In this document: piece by piece, positions 44,205 through 46,457 of the stretch
How positions within the stretch are numbered: the first letter of the stretch is position 1
Layout of the letters: every line of letters begins with the position of its first letter
IMG/VR virus record: IMGVR_UViG_3300048849_000168
Location: 1-46,457 of that record
From: a virus
Taxonomy: Duplodnaviria; Caudoviricetes
DNA: 46,457 nt
Strand: one strand, 5' to 3'
Notes under the pieces: generated by a model
Database searches by the model: none
The model's input: the letters and a program-made list of their open reading frames with translations, nothing else
Told to the model about the DNA's origin: nothing
Translations under genes and position numbers: made by a program

Positions 44205-44527
44205 GCAAGCATGTCTATGGCATCGCGACCGAGACCATCCCCTTCGGCGCATTGGTTCTGTGCCGCGGCTTTCGTGTGTCGCTCGCCAGCGAAAAAATAG
44301 CGAACGGGAAGGCAGCCCGCCGGCCCGTCTATCGGGGTGACAAGCCCAACTACGAGCCAGGTCAGCATGTAACTGTCGAGCCTATCGACGGCCTTGGCGG
44401 TCGCAGCCTTCAAGCTCTTGCGGACGCTCCGATCATGGACGCCTGCAAGCTGTTCCTGCCAGCTGGTAAACTGTCGATGGCTGAAACGCGCGCGCGTGAG
44501 GCAGCCAACCTAGAGGTGGCATCGTGA
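44201..44527 (+). CDS. Hypothetical protein
   Basis: ATGA-coupled. Confidence 0.55.
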   Translation: MSKHVYGIATETIPFGALVLCRGFRVSLASEKIANGKAARRPVYRGDKPNYEPGQHVTVEPIDGLGGRSLQALADAPIMDACKLFLPAGKLSMAETRAREAANLEVAS

Positions 44528-44673
44528 CCGCCCGCTCCCACCTGCGCGGCTATCGCACGCCGAGGAAGACCCTCTGCGGGGAATGGATCGAACCAGGCGG
44601 CCAACCGCGAGCGCCGCTCAACATTTCGACCGACGAGCCATCGTGCCGCCGGTGTCAGGGGAGGGCGCGATGA
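44524..44673 (+). CDS. 49-aa putative Zn-finger peptide (H...C...CxxC; not in ORF track)
   Basis: MTARSHLRGYRTPRKTLCGEWIEPGGQPRAPLNISTDEPSCRRCQGRAR; GTGA/ATGA overlaps both neighbours. Confidence 0.55.
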   Translation: MTARSHLRGYRTPRKTLCGEWIEPGGQPRAPLNISTDEPSCRRCQGRAR

Positions 44674-45041
44674 GCTATTGCGGAACCGGAGCCGTGGAGG
44701 CGTTCAAGCGCGCCGCGGCAAGAGCAAGGCTGGTCCTGAAGGCTGGCGACCGCGTCACCCTGGGCTCGTCCTGCGGCGGCGGCAAGCAGACGGTGACGTT
44801 TGCGCACTTCAGCGATCACCGCGGGATGCCCGATCCGAACGGCCGCATGTTTTCGTCGCGGTCTCTGGATGACCTTTCGCCTTGGAACATCGTCAAGGTG
44901 AACGGGAAGCCTGTGTCGTTCCGTGATCCGGATGGCGAAGCGGCTGTCGAGCAGGACACGCGCCGCCGCGGCAACGAGCGCCAGCATTTCCACGCGTCTG
45001 TCGTGCAAGCTCGGCGGGCATCATTTCGGGTGGTCGGGTGA
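44670..45041 (+). CDS. Hypothetical protein
   Basis: Start MSYCG with GGAGG RBS. Confidence 0.55.
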   Translation: MSYCGTGAVEAFKRAAARARLVLKAGDRVTLGSSCGGGKQTVTFAHFSDHRGMPDPNGRMFSSRSLDDLSPWNIVKVNGKPVSFRDPDGEAAVEQDTRRRGNERQHFHASVVQARRASFRVVG

Positions 45042-45084
45042 TGACCACCAACCTTTTGAACAATGAGAGGGAGAGGAAGCGGCC

Positions 45085-45351
45085 ATGACGGCACTACTCG
45101 CACCACAGGAGGCGGCTAAGCGCCTCCACATCAGCGAGCGCACCCTTCGCGACCTGAAGCGCCGTGGGCAGATCCGCTATGTCGCGGTGTCCGCGCGCCG
45201 GATCGCGTACCGGGAGGACGACCTCGCAGAGTATATCGACAGCCGCGTCCAACTGGCTGATATTGCGGAGACAAGCCCGGTGCCGAAGCGCCGTATCAGC
45301 AAGCGGCCCGACGCCATCGTTCCGTTCTCGCAGCTGGGGCCCGCGCGGTGA
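45085..45351 (+). CDS. xis: Excisionase-like HTH protein
   Basis: LLAPQEAAKRLHISERTL...IAYREDDL; overlaps the integrase start. Confidence 0.8.
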   Translation: MTALLAPQEAAKRLHISERTLRDLKRRGQIRYVAVSARRIAYREDDLAEYIDSRVQLADIAETSPVPKRRISKRPDAIVPFSQLGPAR

Positions 45352-46457
45352 CCATCTACAAGCCCAAGAACAGTCGGCACTACCACTACGACTTCCAGTT
45401 CAAGGGCATCCGCTATCACGGGTCCACTGGCTGCCAGGCGAAGCGGGACGCGGAACGGTACGAGCGCGACAAGCGCACGGAGGTCGCGCTCGGCGTCAAA
45501 ACCAAGCCGTCGATCACATGGGATGAGGCGTGCGGCCTCTACTGGGCCCAGCGCGGCAAGTTCGAGCGCGACACGTCGGTTCGCGGGCAGATCGCGCGCC
45601 TCAACGACAGCATCGGTGCGAAGCGGTTGCTGGCCGATCTGACGTTCCTCGACTTCAGCAACCACGTTGCCCGGCGGCGCGCGCAGAAGGCGCGGAACAA
45701 GCAGACGCTGGTGACGGCAGCGACGGTGAACCGCGAGATCACGCTGGCCCGTCGCATCGTCCGCCTCGCCGCGACGACCTATGCCGCACCTGAGATCGAA
45801 TGGACGAAGCTGCTGCTGCGCGAGCCGAAGGAGCGAGTGCGTGAGCTATCTGGCGACGAGGAAGTCCGGCTCATGGAAGCGCTCGGCCCGGACCTTGGCG
45901 CCGTGGTCGAGTTCGCGATCCTGTCCGGCCAGCGGCGTAGCGCCATTATCACGATGATCTGGAGCAAGGTCGATTTGCAGACCGGGTGGGCCGAGGTGCT
46001 GACCAAGGGTGACAAATGGCACCGCTTCCCGCTGACGCCGCGTATGGTTGCGATCATCGCGAACCAGCCCAAGGTCTGCGCGCAGGTGTTCACCTACGAG
46101 TGCGAGCGCCCAGCGCCGCCGAAGCAGGGGCACCCGCCGCGCGTGAAGGGCGAACGCTATCCGTTCAGCCGGGATGGCTGGCGCCGGAAGTGGGCCGCCG
46201 CGCTCAAGGCAGCCGGTGTCACCGACTTCCGCTTTCACGACCTCCGGCACACGGCAGGCAGCCGCGTCACGCGAGGGTCAAACATCAAGGTTGCGCAGAA
46301 GCTGCTCGGTCACACGCGGATCGAGACGACCTCGCGGTATGCACATGTCCATGAAGAGGACATCCGTGCGGCGATGGAGTCTGCTCAGCAGTCCCGGATT
46401 ATTCCCGAAGCTGGTACAGTCGTATCGCTCAAACCCGCAGGAAACCGCCAAAAATGA
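45348..46457 (+). CDS. int: Tyrosine recombinase/integrase
   Basis: SGQRRSAI (R), FHDLRH (HxxR), LLGH, TSRYAH (Y). Confidence 0.93.
   Translation: MTIYKPKNSRHYHYDFQFKGIRYHGSTGCQAKRDAERYERDKRTEVALGVKTKPSITWDEACGLYWAQRGKFERDTSVRGQIARLNDSIGAKRLLADLTFLDFSNHVARRRAQKARNKQTLVTAATVNREITLARRIVRLAATTYAAPEIEWTKLLLREPKERVRELSGDEEVRLMEALGPDLGAVVEFAILSGQRRSAIITMIWSKVDLQTGWAEVLTKGDKWHRFPLTPRMVAIIANQPKVCAQVFTYECERPAPPKQGHPPRVKGERYPFSRDGWRRKWAAALKAAGVTDFRFHDLRHTAGSRVTRGSNIKVAQKLLGHTRIETTSRYAHVHEEDIRAAMESAQQSRIIPEAGTVVSLKPAGNRQK

Larger units (their letters stand above)
1..46457. mobile_element. Temperate siphovirus-type prophage/phage genome (att sites not identified)
   Basis: Ordered terminase-portal-capsid-tail-lysis modules, cI/cro switch, exonuclease operon, xis and tyrosine integrase. 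Confidence 0.95.

Noticed and set aside
46391-46410. TCCCGGA/TCCCGAA short repeat at the integrase 3' end as att or arm sites
   Set aside because: No matching core repeat found at the left end of the window; att cannot be assigned

Overview
A nearly complete, GC-rich temperate siphophage (prophage) genome. The host is probably an alphaproteobacterium such as Sphingomonadaceae; this is inferred from gene content and composition and not verified. Left to right: two + strand DNA adenine methyltransferases and small accessory ORFs (1-3620); a minus-strand late region covering a beta-helix protein, spanins, holin, GH19 endolysin, tail spike, tail tip, tape measure, frameshifting tail chaperone, tail tube, neck, RcGTA-like head-spike base, DUF2184 capsid, DUF2213 scaffold/protease, portal and terminase (3620-30270), interrupted by several moron genes; a minus-strand replication/early operon with VirE ATPase, VRR-NUC, a frameshifted SF2 helicase, HNH and CII/Cro-like genes, plus an iteron-like putative origin; a cro/cI switch with TWGCA-N4-TGCWA operators; and a + strand PL operon with a YqaJ exonuclease and putative annealing protein ending in xis/int. 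The most notable observations are: (1) a 13-bp motif TGACGGCGGTAAC repeated 6-7 times, each exactly 19 nt upstream of a -10-like hexamer in front of late-gene modules, which looks like a distributed activator-dependent late promoter system; (2) a ~200-nt highly structured, multi-hairpin RNA candidate leading into an unannotated 57-aa membrane protein; (3) an apparently split RcGTA-type head-spike system. All family assignments come from motif recognition by eye; no database search was run.
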